Made by a program: the position numbers and the translations under genes. 31,751 nt of DNA from a virus (taxonomy: Duplodnaviria > Heunggongvirae > Uroviricota > Caudoviricetes), in IMG/VR virus record IMGVR_UViG_2802429221_000013. One strand, written 5' to 3'. The first letter of the stretch is position 1. Every line of letters begins with the position of its first letter. Shown here in pieces: positions 1-8,698 of this stretch. The notes beneath the pieces are model-generated. The model ran no database searches, was not told where the DNA came from, and saw only the letters and a list, made by a program, of their open reading frames with translations.

Positions 1-798
1 TTAGAACATCACTTTATGACCATACTGCTCAAGAATGCCTTTCACGCGCTCCATGGTCTCTTTCTTCGGTGGTTTCACGCCATCGAGTTTGTACTCTTCG
101 CCCATCGCCACCCATTTGTGTTTGCCCAGCTCATGGTAGGGGAGGAGTTCGATTTTTTCGACGTTACCCATATCACGGGTAAATTCACCAAGACGGTGGG
201 CGGAATCGTCGTCGTCAGACCAGCCAGGTACTACGACATAACGGATCCAGACTTTCACATTTTTGTTCGCCAGATATTTGGCAAACTCCAGCGTTCGGTG
301 GTTGGAAACGCCTACCAGATTTTGGTGGATCTCGTCGTTCATTTGTTTGAGATCAAGCATTACCAGGTCGGTTACTTCCAGCAGTTCATCAATCACCGGA
401 TCGTAACGACGAACAAAACCGTTGGTGTCCAGACAGGTATGAATGCCTTCTTTTTTGCAGGCGCGGAACCAGTCACGAACAAACTCAGCTTGCAGAATTG
501 CTTCGCCGCCAGATGCGGTAACGCCGCCACCTGAAGCGTTCATAAAGTGGCGATAGGTCACCACCTCTTTCATTAAATCTTCAACGGTAACTTCTTTACC
601 GCCATGCGTGTCCCAGGTGTCGCGGTTATGACAATACAGGCAGCGCATCAGGCAGCCTTGGAAAAAGGTGATAAAGCGAATACCCGGGCCGTCTACGGTT
701 CCACAGGATTCAAAGGAGTGAATGCGACCAATAACTGACTTGGTAGCCCCCGCCGCAGCGGTATTTTCTGTTGTATTACAATTAGTTAAATTACTCAT
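1..798 (-). CDS. pflA: Pyruvate formate-lyase 1 activating enzyme (radical SAM); host gene flanking the prophage
   Basis: Translation contains the radical-SAM CxxxCxxC motif ([12 protein letters not shown]) and matches PflA along its length from [22 protein letters not shown] onward. The open frame extends 19 codons upstream of the canonical MSVIG start, and the codon at 739-741 reads AAG (Lys), not ATG, so the true start is uncertain. Confidence 0.9.
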   Translation of the reverse strand: MSNLTNCNTTENTAAAGATKSVIGRIHSFESCGTVDGPGIRFITFFQGCLMRCLYCHNRDTWDTHGGKEVTVEDLMKEVVTYRHFMNASGGGVTASGGEAILQAEFVRDWFRACKKEGIHTCLDTNGFVRRYDPVIDELLEVTDLVMLDLKQMNDEIHQNLVGVSNHRTLEFAKYLANKNVKVWIRYVVVPGWSDDDDSAHRLGEFTRDMGNVEKIELLPYHELGKHKWVAMGEEYKLDGVKPPKKETMERVKGILEQYGHKVMF

Positions 799-829
799 AT
801 CGCTTCAATTGGCTCTAGTTAACTCTGGT

Positions 830-1825
830 TTATGGACGCATTATGGACATTCCTGACACCGGGTTAAGAGTCACAGCATCTTGTAAGAAATCCGGTGCAA
901 AGTGTGCGTAGGTCATAGTTTGCTGAATGTTAGAATGACCCAGGATGCGCTGCAATGTGATTATGTTACCTCCATTCATTATAAAATGTGTGGCAAATGT
1001 ATGCCTCAAAACATGCACTGCCTGTCCGTCAGGTAAATCGGGTTTTACTTCCCTGAGAGCGTTGCGCACTTTGTAGTAACTGGCATTAAAAAGCCTGCCA
1101 GAATTTTTGGTTTTGATCCGTTTAATCAAGTCCTGCGAAACGGGAATTGTCCTGCGCTTTCCGTTTTTGGTTTTCATAAACGTAACCATTTGGTTAATGA
1201 TGTGTTCAGCTTTTAAATTAGACACTTCACTCCAGCGTCCACCAGTAGAAAGGCAGACCAGAGTCGCATTTAATTCATCACCATCAAGCATGGATAGCAG
1301 CCGCGTAATCTCTTCACTGGACAAAAAAGCCATTTCCGTAACAGCTTCACGTAACCGCTTCACCTCACGGAACGGGTTGTGAGAGTGATATTCACCGGCG
1401 TCAATTAACTTGGTGAACATCCCGCTCATTATTGCCAGATGCCGATTTACGCTGGCTGGTTTTAGACCGTCGTTCATCATTACAACGCGATAATCAGTTA
1501 TCGTTTTCTTTGTTAGCTGGTCCGCCCTGGACACTCCCATCTCAGCAAATTTGGCAATTATTGTCGTCAAACGCCCCCGTTCAATATCTCCACGCTCATG
1601 TGATTTTCCGTGATATATCCACCATCTGCCTAACAACTCTGTAAGAGTTCGGCGGTCGGCCGGCTTCTCCAACCACTCTTTGTTGTGGTAGTTAACCAGG
1701 ACATGACGCTCGAATGCCTGGGCTTCACCTTTAGTTTTAAATTTCCGCCTGATACGTTTTCCATCTGCACCCTGCGGCCTGACGTCCACTTCATAACGAC
1801 CATCATCGAGCTTTTTAATAGACAT
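830..1825 (-). CDS. int: Phage integrase, tyrosine recombinase (P2 Int-like)
   Basis: 331-aa ORF with a C-terminal tyrosine-recombinase catalytic region (HVLRHTFATH, LGHSNIQQTMTYAH). Sits at the prophage edge next to C/cox as in P2. Stop codon is only 31 bp from the pflA ORF start. Confidence 0.9.
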   Translation of the reverse strand: MSIKKLDDGRYEVDVRPQGADGKRIRRKFKTKGEAQAFERHVLVNYHNKEWLEKPADRRTLTELLGRWWIYHGKSHERGDIERGRLTTIIAKFAEMGVSRADQLTKKTITDYRVVMMNDGLKPASVNRHLAIMSGMFTKLIDAGEYHSHNPFREVKRLREAVTEMAFLSSEEITRLLSMLDGDELNATLVCLSTGGRWSEVSNLKAEHIINQMVTFMKTKNGKRRTIPVSQDLIKRIKTKNSGRLFNASYYKVRNALREVKPDLPDGQAVHVLRHTFATHFIMNGGNIITLQRILGHSNIQQTMTYAHFAPDFLQDAVTLNPVSGMSIMRP

Positions 1826-1918
1826 AAAGCCCTCCGATGACGCTGTTTACTTCTACTACTTGAAAATTAATGCAATTTTCTTTCGTACATTTACTGCACA
1901 CATATGCTGAATAAATCG

Positions 1919-2218
1919 TCAGCCAGTCTTTTGGTCTGAGTGGTGCAAGGTTGTTGAGTCTTGCCCAATGTGTGCGAGCGCCGGGGCTATTTGTCCGGCA
2001 GCGGGATCTGTCTCATCAAACATGAACCAGTCACGGTATTTTCTGAACCTTTCTACTTTAAAAAACTTCTTAGCATTTTCTAGGGACATCATAGCCTTAC
2101 CTGATTCATAACCTGCATATGTGGTGTAGTTGATGCCAGCTAGTTCAGCTACCTCCTTCATTTTCAGACGTTCAGACTCACGGATAAGCTTCAAACGTTC
2201 GCTAGTGTCAGTTGACAT
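1919..2218 (-). CDS. C: Immunity repressor C (P2 C-like, 99 aa)
   Basis: Using the internal ATG at 2216-2218 gives 99 aa, the P2 C length. C-terminus (GQIAPALAHIGQ...SDQKTG) resembles P2 C as I recall it. Divergent from cox. The longer ORF-track start at 2269 is probably an over-extension. Confidence 0.8.
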   Translation of the reverse strand: MSTDTSERLKLIRESERLKMKEVAELAGINYTTYAGYESGKAMMSLENAKKFFKVERFRKYRDWFMFDETDPAAGQIAPALAHIGQDSTTLHHSDQKTG

Positions 2219-2278
2219 AAATTCTCTAACCTCGTATTCTTTTGCATAGTTGATATGATTTATCAGCATCTAACGACT

Positions 2279-2298
2279 CTAAATCGCTCTAGATCGCT
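2279..2298. promoter_or_regulatory. Tandem 10-bp direct repeat CTA(A/G)ATCGCT x2 in the C/cox intergenic region; candidate repressor operator in the lysis-lysogeny switch
   Basis: ctaaatcgct (2279-2288) immediately followed by ctagatcgct (2289-2298), about 25-45 bp upstream of the cox ATG. P2-family C repressors bind direct repeats flanking the early promoter. Confidence 0.4.
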
Positions 2299-2321
2299 GA
2301 CATCAATGTGAGGATAGCAAA

Positions 2322-2678
2322 ATGAATGTCGGATCTGAAATTTGTGACGAGAAAAGACAAGAAGTTTCTGCTCTTAAAAAAAACAAGCGTGATTCCATTA
2401 AGTTGGCTGCGGATCCGTCAGATTTACTGTCGAAAGAGGGTTTTGCTCTTTACATCGGTAAGACTCCTCGTGCGGTGGCTGAAATGGCACGAGCTGGAAA
2501 GCTGCCAGCATTCTATATGACAGACCCGTTAAAGCCGGGCGGTCACGCTGAGTTATGGATTAATCGTCGTGAGTGGGACAAATATGCAGCTCAACTAGTC
2601 GATGAAGCTCCGACAGAATGGCATGACTGGAAGAACCGCATAAGTTACAGCAAATCCAGACATGGCCACGCGGCCTAA
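2322..2678 (+). CDS. cox: Cox-like excisionase / early-operon regulator
   Basis: First gene of the rightward early operon, divergent from C. Contains a GKLP...MTDP motif similar to P2 Cox. GAGGA ribosome-binding site upstream. At 118 aa it is longer than P2 Cox (91 aa), so the N-terminus is uncertain. Confidence 0.7.
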   Translation: MNVGSEICDEKRQEVSALKKNKRDSIKLAADPSDLLSKEGFALYIGKTPRAVAEMARAGKLPAFYMTDPLKPGGHAELWINRREWDKYAAQLVDEAPTEWHDWKNRISYSKSRHGHAA

Positions 2679-2687
2679 GGAGGAGCC

Positions 2688-3152
2688 ATGAGGCAAGATT
2701 TAAATAAAACATCGGTGACTATCATCAGAGGAAACCTTGAAGATGCATCACCATCTAACAGCCTGACTATTACGTATAGTGAGTTTGCTAATAGTACGAA
2801 AGAATATAAATCAGCCGATGAATTGAGAAAACAAAATATCATTTTGGATAATGATGAACTTGTTTTTATTAGTTCAGATGGTGATGAAGAAATTCTACGG
2901 CTGAATTTGAAATCTTTATTTCATGACTCTTTTTTGCGCATTAAATATGAATGCGTTGGTATGACCGTTCAAGAGCGCATGGAACTCGCTAAGGCTCTTC
3001 GTGAAACGATAATTTCTAAATCAGGCGATATAAATAGTATTAAATGGTCAATAGGGCTTGATGACTGGAAAAGTATTTTTGACATGATGACGCATCCGTA
3101 TAAACAGCATACGGATGCAAGATGCTATTTTAAAAATGATTTATATCAATAA
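2688..3152 (+). CDS. Hypothetical protein, AT-rich cargo ORF in the early operon
   Basis: 154-aa ORF with a strong ribosome-binding site (AAGGAGG, 4-5 nt before the ATG), starting 10 bp after the cox stop. AT-rich compared with flanking phage genes. No motif I recognise. Confidence 0.6.
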   Translation: MRQDLNKTSVTIIRGNLEDASPSNSLTITYSEFANSTKEYKSADELRKQNIILDNDELVFISSDGDEEILRLNLKSLFHDSFLRIKYECVGMTVQERMELAKALRETIISKSGDINSIKWSIGLDDWKSIFDMMTHPYKQHTDARCYFKNDLYQ

Positions 3153-3324
3153 AGCCTTTGAGTTGGACTGGCTTTTTAGGGTGAATGATCTCTCTTAATT
3201 GAATAGTTAATTCATCCACTTTTTTAGCGTCCTCAAAATCTCCCATTGGAGTTGGTAGGGTATTTGCTAATGCAACCGCTTTTTCGAGAGTGGTTATAAG
3301 TTCGTCAATATTTTGATTATTCAT
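3130..3324 (-). CDS. Hypothetical small protein, convergent with and overlapping the 3' end of the 154-aa ORF
   Basis: 64-aa ORF with a GAGGT ribosome-binding site 5 nt upstream of its ATG (minus strand). AT-rich. Its last 23 nt overlap the 3' end of the plus-strand ORF. Confidence 0.45.
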   Translation of the reverse strand: MNNQNIDELITTLEKAVALANTLPTPMGDFEDAKKVDELTIQLREIIHPKKPVQLKGFIDINHF

Positions 3325-3424
3325 TTATTACCTCGCTTGTGGTTGGTTGTTTTTGGCGATTCGATCTTACCACAAGACCATGTGCCGGACATGGCTAAAA
3401 ACCGGCTCTGTTTCAGGAGGAGTT

Positions 3425-3595
3425 ATGCAGGAACCTCGTTGTATTGCTCAGTTATTGCGTAACGAAAGCCCTAGGGCGATTGACTTCACCATCACCCACG
3501 GGAAAGGACGCAAGGGAATCATTATCCGCACCAAAAAACAGAGTTCGTTAAAGAAGGCTCTGACCTTTCTGAAAAGCCGGAGGGTCTGGAAATGA
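3425..3595 (+). CDS. Small early protein, hypothetical
   Basis: The internal ATG at 3425 is preceded by AGGAGG, giving 56 aa. Basic protein. Its stop overlaps the B start (ATGA). Confidence 0.5.
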   Translation: MQEPRCIAQLLRNESPRAIDFTITHGKGRKGIIIRTKKQSSLKKALTFLKSRRVWK

Positions 3596-4092
3596 CAGTG
3601 ATGACGCTTAATCTCGTTGAAAAACAGCCAGCAGCTATGCGCCGGATAATTGGTAAGCATCTGGCCGTCCCTCGCTGGCAGGATACATGTGATTATTATA
3701 ATCAGATGATGGAACGCGAACGGCTAACGGTTTGCTTTCATGCGCAGTTAAAACAGCGTCACGCAACGATGCGTTTTGAAGAAATGAACGACGTCGAACG
3801 TGAACGGCTGGTTTGTGCAATTGATGAATTGCGCGGGGCATTCTCAAAACGCCGTCAGGTTGGCGCAAGTGAGTATGCATATATTAGTTTTTTAACAGTC
3901 AGTCAGCGTCGCACTTTATTTATGCACGCACGGCTGACAGAAAAAGAATTTAACCAGCCATACTGGCGAATTAATGAAGAGTCATGTTACTGGCGTGATG
4001 CTTTATTCCGTGCATTACGTGAATTATTCAGTCTGTTTGAGTATGCACCGACAATTCTGACGTCGGTAAAACCAGAGCAATATCTGCATTAA
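3592..4092 (+). CDS. B: Replication protein B (helicase-loader-like, P2 gpB)
   Basis: 166 aa, the same length as P2 gpB, in the same position between cox and A. Confidence 0.8.
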   Translation: MTVMTLNLVEKQPAAMRRIIGKHLAVPRWQDTCDYYNQMMERERLTVCFHAQLKQRHATMRFEEMNDVERERLVCAIDELRGAFSKRRQVGASEYAYISFLTVSQRRTLFMHARLTEKEFNQPYWRINEESCYWRDALFRALRELFSLFEYAPTILTSVKPEQYLH

Positions 4093-4155
4093 GTAATTAA
4101 CCAAAGTTTTTAACGCACTTAATCGTGCGGGGCTTCTTTTTGCCTGGAGAAAGTC

Positions 4156-4368
4156 ATGCATACAGTTTCTGAAAATCAGTGCGGTAAATACGCATTAATG
4201 CTGCAACAGGCCAGAACCGAAGCACAGGCTGACGCAGCAACGCGCTTCTCTTCTCATCTTGACGCCATGATTCGCCACATCACAAAGGCGGAGTTATCCC
4301 GCGTGGAGATAGTCGAGTTGCTCAGTCAGGAGTCTGCCAAATTCCATAATCTAGGACTCAATAAATAA
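4156..4368 (+). CDS. Hypothetical early protein
   Basis: 70-aa ORF in the B-to-A interval, where P2 carries its small unnamed early ORFs. Confidence 0.5.
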   Translation: MHTVSENQCGKYALMLQQARTEAQADAATRFSSHLDAMIRHITKAELSRVEIVELLSQESAKFHNLGLNK

Positions 4369-4376
4369 CAGGAAAG

Positions 4377-4628
4377 TTGGAAATGACAAATACAAAATGG
4401 TTCAGGAAACGCTTAACAGATTATCAACTTTCATTACTTAAAAAATTAGATGACAAGACTCCACTACATCCTTCAAGCGATGTCTTCCGCTCCTGGCCTA
4501 GCCGTGTGGAAAAAACATTTATAGCAATGGGGAAATGGGGACTTGTGACCAAATCAAGAGAAGGTTTCTGTATTACCGATAATGGCCGGGAAATGATTGA
4601 TTCTGCGGAGAGGGCATACAGCGAATGA
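4377..4628 (+). CDS. Hypothetical early protein
   Basis: 83-aa ORF, closely spaced with neighbours in the early operon. Confidence 0.5.
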   Translation: MEMTNTKWFRKRLTDYQLSLLKKLDDKTPLHPSSDVFRSWPSRVEKTFIAMGKWGLVTKSREGFCITDNGREMIDSAERAYSE

Positions 4629-4915
4629 AAAATATATTGCTTAATAACTGGCTGAAGATTTCAGTTATGAAAAACGGTGATTTGTCGCTAGCTGATATTA
4701 AACGCGATAAAAACACTGGGGATATGGTGGAATCAACTATAGCCATTTATGCGGATAAATTAAACCTCCTGTCTGATGTGGTCAATTTACTTGTTAAACG
4801 CGCTGTATTCCACAAGCAAATTTCCTCCGTGGATGAACTGACGAAATTAACGACAGAAATCACCAGCTATTGCGCTGATGAATTTAAAAACCTTAACGAC
4901 AAAAGGAACTGGTAA
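4625..4915 (+). CDS. Hypothetical early protein
   Basis: 96-aa ORF whose start overlaps the upstream stop (ATGA) and whose stop overlaps the next start; AT-rich relative to the backbone. Confidence 0.5.
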   Translation: MKNILLNNWLKISVMKNGDLSLADIKRDKNTGDMVESTIAIYADKLNLLSDVVNLLVKRAVFHKQISSVDELTKLTTEITSYCADEFKNLNDKRNW

Positions 4916-5139
4916 TGCCGGACAACGTAGATTTTATTCAGGAACAACAGGCTGAATTACTGGAGCGCCAGATTAACGCGGCAAGGGTAAAACATTGCGG
5001 TGCTTCTGCGCTGGTTTGCGAAGAGTGTGATGCACCAATACCTGCTGCCCGTCGTGCGGCTTATCCGTCAGCCACGCGTTGTGTTTCCTGTCAGTCAGTC
5101 TTTGAAGCAAAAAACAAACATTACCGGAGAACGGCATGA
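4915..5139 (+). CDS. TraR/DksA-family C4 zinc-finger protein
   Basis: 74 aa with CEEC-x17-CVSC spacing typical of the TraR/DksA zinc finger. P2 has an equivalent small zinc-finger ORF in the early operon. Confidence 0.7.
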   Translation: MPDNVDFIQEQQAELLERQINAARVKHCGASALVCEECDAPIPAARRAAYPSATRCVSCQSVFEAKNKHYRRTA

Positions 5140-5411
5140 GTATTCGTATTGAAATTGGCGAACGTTATGTCGTTACCAGTGACAGCTTTCAGTTTATTCT
5201 CCACGAGAAAAAGAGAGCGGAAAGCGGTAAAAACGCCGGTCAGGAATGGCTGGCGGTGGTTGGTTATTACCCGAAATTAAGCCAGCTCGTTTCCGGCCTG
5301 ATGCATCACGATATTCTGACCGGAAGCGCAAAGTCTTTTGCCGATTTAAACGCGCAGGTTGAGCAACTCAGCAGGCGTTGTTCAGAGGCTTTTGGCTCAT
5401 ATGGCCGTTAA
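5136..5411 (+). CDS. Hypothetical early protein
   Basis: 91-aa ORF translationally coupled to its neighbours; its 3' end overlaps the A start. Confidence 0.5.
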   Translation: MSIRIEIGERYVVTSDSFQFILHEKKRAESGKNAGQEWLAVVGYYPKLSQLVSGLMHHDILTGSAKSFADLNAQVEQLSRRCSEAFGSYGR

Positions 5412-7674
5412 AGCCTCCGGGCGTTTTGTCCCTCCGTCAGCATTTGCTGCAGGCACCGGTAAGGCGTTTACCGGTGCTTATGCATGGAACGCGCCACGCG
5501 AGGCTGTCGGGCGCGAAAGACCCCTTACACGTGACGAGATGCGTCAGGTGCAAGGTGTTTTATCCACGATTAACCGTCTGCCTTACTTTTTGCGCTCGCT
5601 GTTTACTTCACGTTATGACTACATCCGGCGCAATAAAAGCCCGGTGCACGGGTTTTATTTCCTCACATCCACTTTTCAGCGTCGTTTATGGCCGCGCATT
5701 GAGCGCGTGAATCAGCGCCATGAAATGAACACCGACGCGTCGTTGCTGTTTCTGGCAGAGCGTGACCATTATGCGCGCCTGCCTGGAATGAATGACAAGG
5801 AGCTGAAAAAGTTTGCCGCCCGTATCTCATCGCAGCTTTTCATGATGTATGAGGAACTCAGCGATGCCTGGGTGGATGCGCATGGCGAAAAAGAATCGCT
5901 GTTTACGGATGAGGCGCAGGCTCACCTGTATGGTCATGTTGCTGGCGCTGCACGTGCTTTCAATATTTCCCCGCTCTACTGGAAAAAATACCGTAAAGGA
6001 CAGATGACCACGAGGCAGGCATATTCTGCCATTGCCCGCCTGTTTAACGATGAGTGGTGGACTCATCAGCTTAAAGGCCAGCGTATGCGCTGGCATGAGG
6101 CGTTACTGATTGCTGTAGGGGAGGTCAATAAAGACCGTTCTCCTTATGCCAGTAAACACGCCATTCGTGATGTGCGTGCACGCCGCCAGGCAAATCTGGA
6201 ATTTCTTAAATCGTGTGACCTCGAAAACAGGGAAACCGGCGAGCGCATCGACCTTATCAGTAAGGTGATGGGCAGTATTTCTAATCCTGAAATTCGTCGG
6301 ATGGAGTTGATGAACACCATTGCCGGTATTGAGCGTTACGCCGCCGCAGAGGGCGATGTGGGGATGTTTATCACGCTGACCGCGCCGTCAAAGTATCACC
6401 CGACACGTCAGGTCGGAAAAGGCGAAAGTAAAACCGTCCAGCTAAATCACGGCTGGAACGATGAGGCATTTAATCCAAAGGATGCGCAGCGTTATCTCTG
6501 CCATATCTGGAGCCTGATGCGCACGGCATTCAAAGATAATGATTTACAGGTCTACGGTTTGCGTGTCGTCGAGCCACACCACGACGGAACGCCGCACTGG
6601 CATATGATGCTTTTTTGTCATCCACGCCAGCGTAACCAGATTATCGAAATCATGCGTCGCTATGCGCTCAAAGAGGATGGCGACGAAAGAGGAGCCGCGC
6701 GAAACCGTTTTCAGGCAAAACACCTTAACCGGGGCGGTGCTGCGGGATATATCGCGAAATACATTTCAAAAAACATCGACGGCTATGCACTGGATGGTCA
6801 GCTCGATAACGATACCGGCAGGCCGCTGAAAGACACTGCCGCGGCTGTTACCGCATGGGCGTCAACGTGGCGTATTCCGCAATTTAAAACTGTTGGCCTG
6901 CCGACAATGGGGGCTTACCGTGAACTACGCAAATTACCTCGCGGCGTCAGCATTGCTGATGAGTTTGACGAACGCGTCGAGGCTGCACGCGCTGCCGCAG
7001 ACAGTGGCGATTTTGCGCTGTATATCAGCGCGCAGGGTGGGGCAAATGTCCCGCGCGATTGTCAGACTGTCAGGGTCGCCCGTAGTCCGTCGGATGACGT
7101 TAACGAGTACGAGGAAGAAGTCGAGAGAGTGGTCGGCATTTACGCGCCGCATCTCGGCGCGCGTCATATTCATATCACCAGAACCACGGACTGGCGCATT
7201 GTGCCGAAAGTTCCTGTCGTTGAGCCTTTGACTTTAAAAAGCGGCATCGCCGCGCCTCGGAGTCCTGTCAATAACTGTGGAAAGCTCAACGGTGGTGATA
7301 CTTCGTTACCGGCTCCCACACCTTCTGAGCACGCCGCAGCAGTGCTAAATCTGGTTGATGACGGTGTTATCGAATGGAATGACCCGGAGGTCGTGAGGGC
7401 GCTCAGGGGCGCATTAAAACACGGTCTGAAAACACCAAATCGTCAGCAAAGAAACGGAAGTCCGTTAAAAACACATGAAATTGCATCGTCGGCCAGACTG
7501 ACCCGGTCGGAACGAATGCAAATCACCCGTATCCGCGTTGACCTTGCTCAGAACGGTATCAGGCCTCAGCGATGGGAGCTTGAGGCGCTGGCGCGTGGGG
7601 CTGCGGTGATTTACGGTAACAAAAAGTTCATTTATGCGACCGATAAGGGATGGCCAGGGTTTTCTGAGGGGTAA
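5401..7674 (+). CDS. A: Replication initiation endonuclease A (rolling-circle initiator, P2 gpA)
   Basis: From the ATG at 5401 the product is 757 aa (P2 gpA is about 761) and begins MAVKASGRFVPPSAFAAGTGK as I recall P2 gpA does. Contains the rolling-circle initiator HxH motif (PHWHMMLF) and a candidate catalytic tyrosine region (YIAKYISK). Confidence 0.9.
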   Translation: MAVKASGRFVPPSAFAAGTGKAFTGAYAWNAPREAVGRERPLTRDEMRQVQGVLSTINRLPYFLRSLFTSRYDYIRRNKSPVHGFYFLTSTFQRRLWPRIERVNQRHEMNTDASLLFLAERDHYARLPGMNDKELKKFAARISSQLFMMYEELSDAWVDAHGEKESLFTDEAQAHLYGHVAGAARAFNISPLYWKKYRKGQMTTRQAYSAIARLFNDEWWTHQLKGQRMRWHEALLIAVGEVNKDRSPYASKHAIRDVRARRQANLEFLKSCDLENRETGERIDLISKVMGSISNPEIRRMELMNTIAGIERYAAAEGDVGMFITLTAPSKYHPTRQVGKGESKTVQLNHGWNDEAFNPKDAQRYLCHIWSLMRTAFKDNDLQVYGLRVVEPHHDGTPHWHMMLFCHPRQRNQIIEIMRRYALKEDGDERGAARNRFQAKHLNRGGAAGYIAKYISKNIDGYALDGQLDNDTGRPLKDTAAAVTAWASTWRIPQFKTVGLPTMGAYRELRKLPRGVSIADEFDERVEAARAAADSGDFALYISAQGGANVPRDCQTVRVARSPSDDVNEYEEEVERVVGIYAPHLGARHIHITRTTDWRIVPKVPVVEPLTLKSGIAAPRSPVNNCGKLNGGDTSLPAPTPSEHAAAVLNLVDDGVIEWNDPEVVRALRGALKHGLKTPNRQQRNGSPLKTHEIASSARLTRSERMQITRIRVDLAQNGIRPQRWELEALARGAAVIYGNKKFIYATDKGWPGFSEG

Positions 7675-7722
7675 CCGGTTTTATTGCTAAATATTAAACA
7701 GCAAATCATGTCAAGATAAGAG

Positions 7723-7751
7723 TTGTGTTTATTTGATTTCGGAAATAATAT
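7723..7751 (+). promoter_or_regulatory. Candidate sigma70 promoter for the cargo operon (-35 TTGTGT, 17-bp spacer, -10 TAATAT)
   Basis: TTGTGT at 7723-7728 and TAATAT at 7746-7751 with a 17-bp spacer, in the AT-rich gap between the A stop and the 300-aa ORF start at 7792. Confidence 0.4.
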
Positions 7752-7791
7752 CATCAGTAATATCATCTAGATAATAATTGGGTATGAATGA

Positions 7792-8694
7792 ATGCGTGAG
7801 GCTGTTTCAATCGCTTGGTGGAATACGGGGATATCTCCTGCGGTTAAAAGAGAACGTTCTACTCCTGAAGAGTTGAAAGTAGCATTTGCTTTTATAGCAA
7901 ATATTTTGGTGAGTCATAATGTTGATATCCTATGTCTTGGAGAAATATCACCATCAGATATTAAGGTTTTAGAGGAAATGTTCTCAGAGGAAGGATTCAT
8001 AATATATGATGGGACTTTCACTGAAGGAAGCATAAAACATGATATGTGCATTCTTATAAAGCTAGCTACTTTCACTTACATTGATAGTAAAAGCATTGTT
8101 GAACAGTCACTGTTAGGAGCGGTAAGAGCCGGGCAAGAAGTTCAGCTCATGCATAATAACAGTGGGGATCATTTTTTTTTCTACATATCGCATTGGCCTA
8201 TGAGAGGTAATGATTCTAATGAAGAAATGCCAAAACGATATGAATTAGGAAAAGCTTTGCGAGGAGCAATCAGTAGATGTATAGAGGAAAAGTCAGGAAA
8301 GTATTTTATTCTTTTAGGTGATTACAATGACGATCCCTTTAATAAATCTCTTACACATGCTTTAGGTGCAACAAGGGATAGAGACTTAGTTGTCAAAAAA
8401 GATACTTTTTTATACAACCCTTTTTGGAATTTCATGGGGGCTTCAATTAGTTTTCCATCAGAAGATCATCATTTGAGTACCTACGGGACATATTATTACA
8501 GGGGCGGTGCTGTAACCCGTTGGCATACATTTGATCAAATTATTTTCTCCTCTTCATTCATTTCTGGTGGAGATTGGAATCTTTTGGAGGATGAGGTTAA
8601 AATCATTAACGATAAAGCCTTTAAAGAATTGGTGACAAGTCCCAAAACTAACTTTGATCATTTACCTGTTATCGCTGTAATTACGAGAGGTTAA
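7792..8694 (+). CDS. EEP-superfamily (endonuclease/exonuclease/phosphatase) protein; candidate defence effector
   Basis: 300-aa ORF, AT-rich. Motifs matching EEP catalytic signatures: WWN (N11), DILCLGE (E51), LLGDYNDDP (D177, N179), WHTFDQIIFS (D248), NFDHLPV (D289, H290). Sits in the A-to-cos slot where P2 has tin/old. Confidence 0.65.
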   Translation: MREAVSIAWWNTGISPAVKRERSTPEELKVAFAFIANILVSHNVDILCLGEISPSDIKVLEEMFSEEGFIIYDGTFTEGSIKHDMCILIKLATFTYIDSKSIVEQSLLGAVRAGQEVQLMHNNSGDHFFFYISHWPMRGNDSNEEMPKRYELGKALRGAISRCIEEKSGKYFILLGDYNDDPFNKSLTHALGATRDRDLVVKKDTFLYNPFWNFMGASISFPSEDHHLSTYGTYYYRGGAVTRWHTFDQIIFSSSFISGGDWNLLEDEVKIINDKAFKELVTSPKTNFDHLPVIAVITRG

Positions 8695-8698
8695 CAAA

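Noticed and set aside
1107-1644. Plus-strand ORFs (91 and 70 aa) antisense to the integrase
   Set aside because: Entirely within the integrase coding region on the opposite strand; no ribosome-binding site or homology support.
3333-3381. 8-bp inverted repeat (CTTGTGGT ... ACCACAAG) with a 33-nt loop upstream of the 56-aa early ORF
   Set aside because: The loop is too long for a stable terminator and no T-tract follows; possibly a protein-binding site, but evidence is insufficient to annotate.
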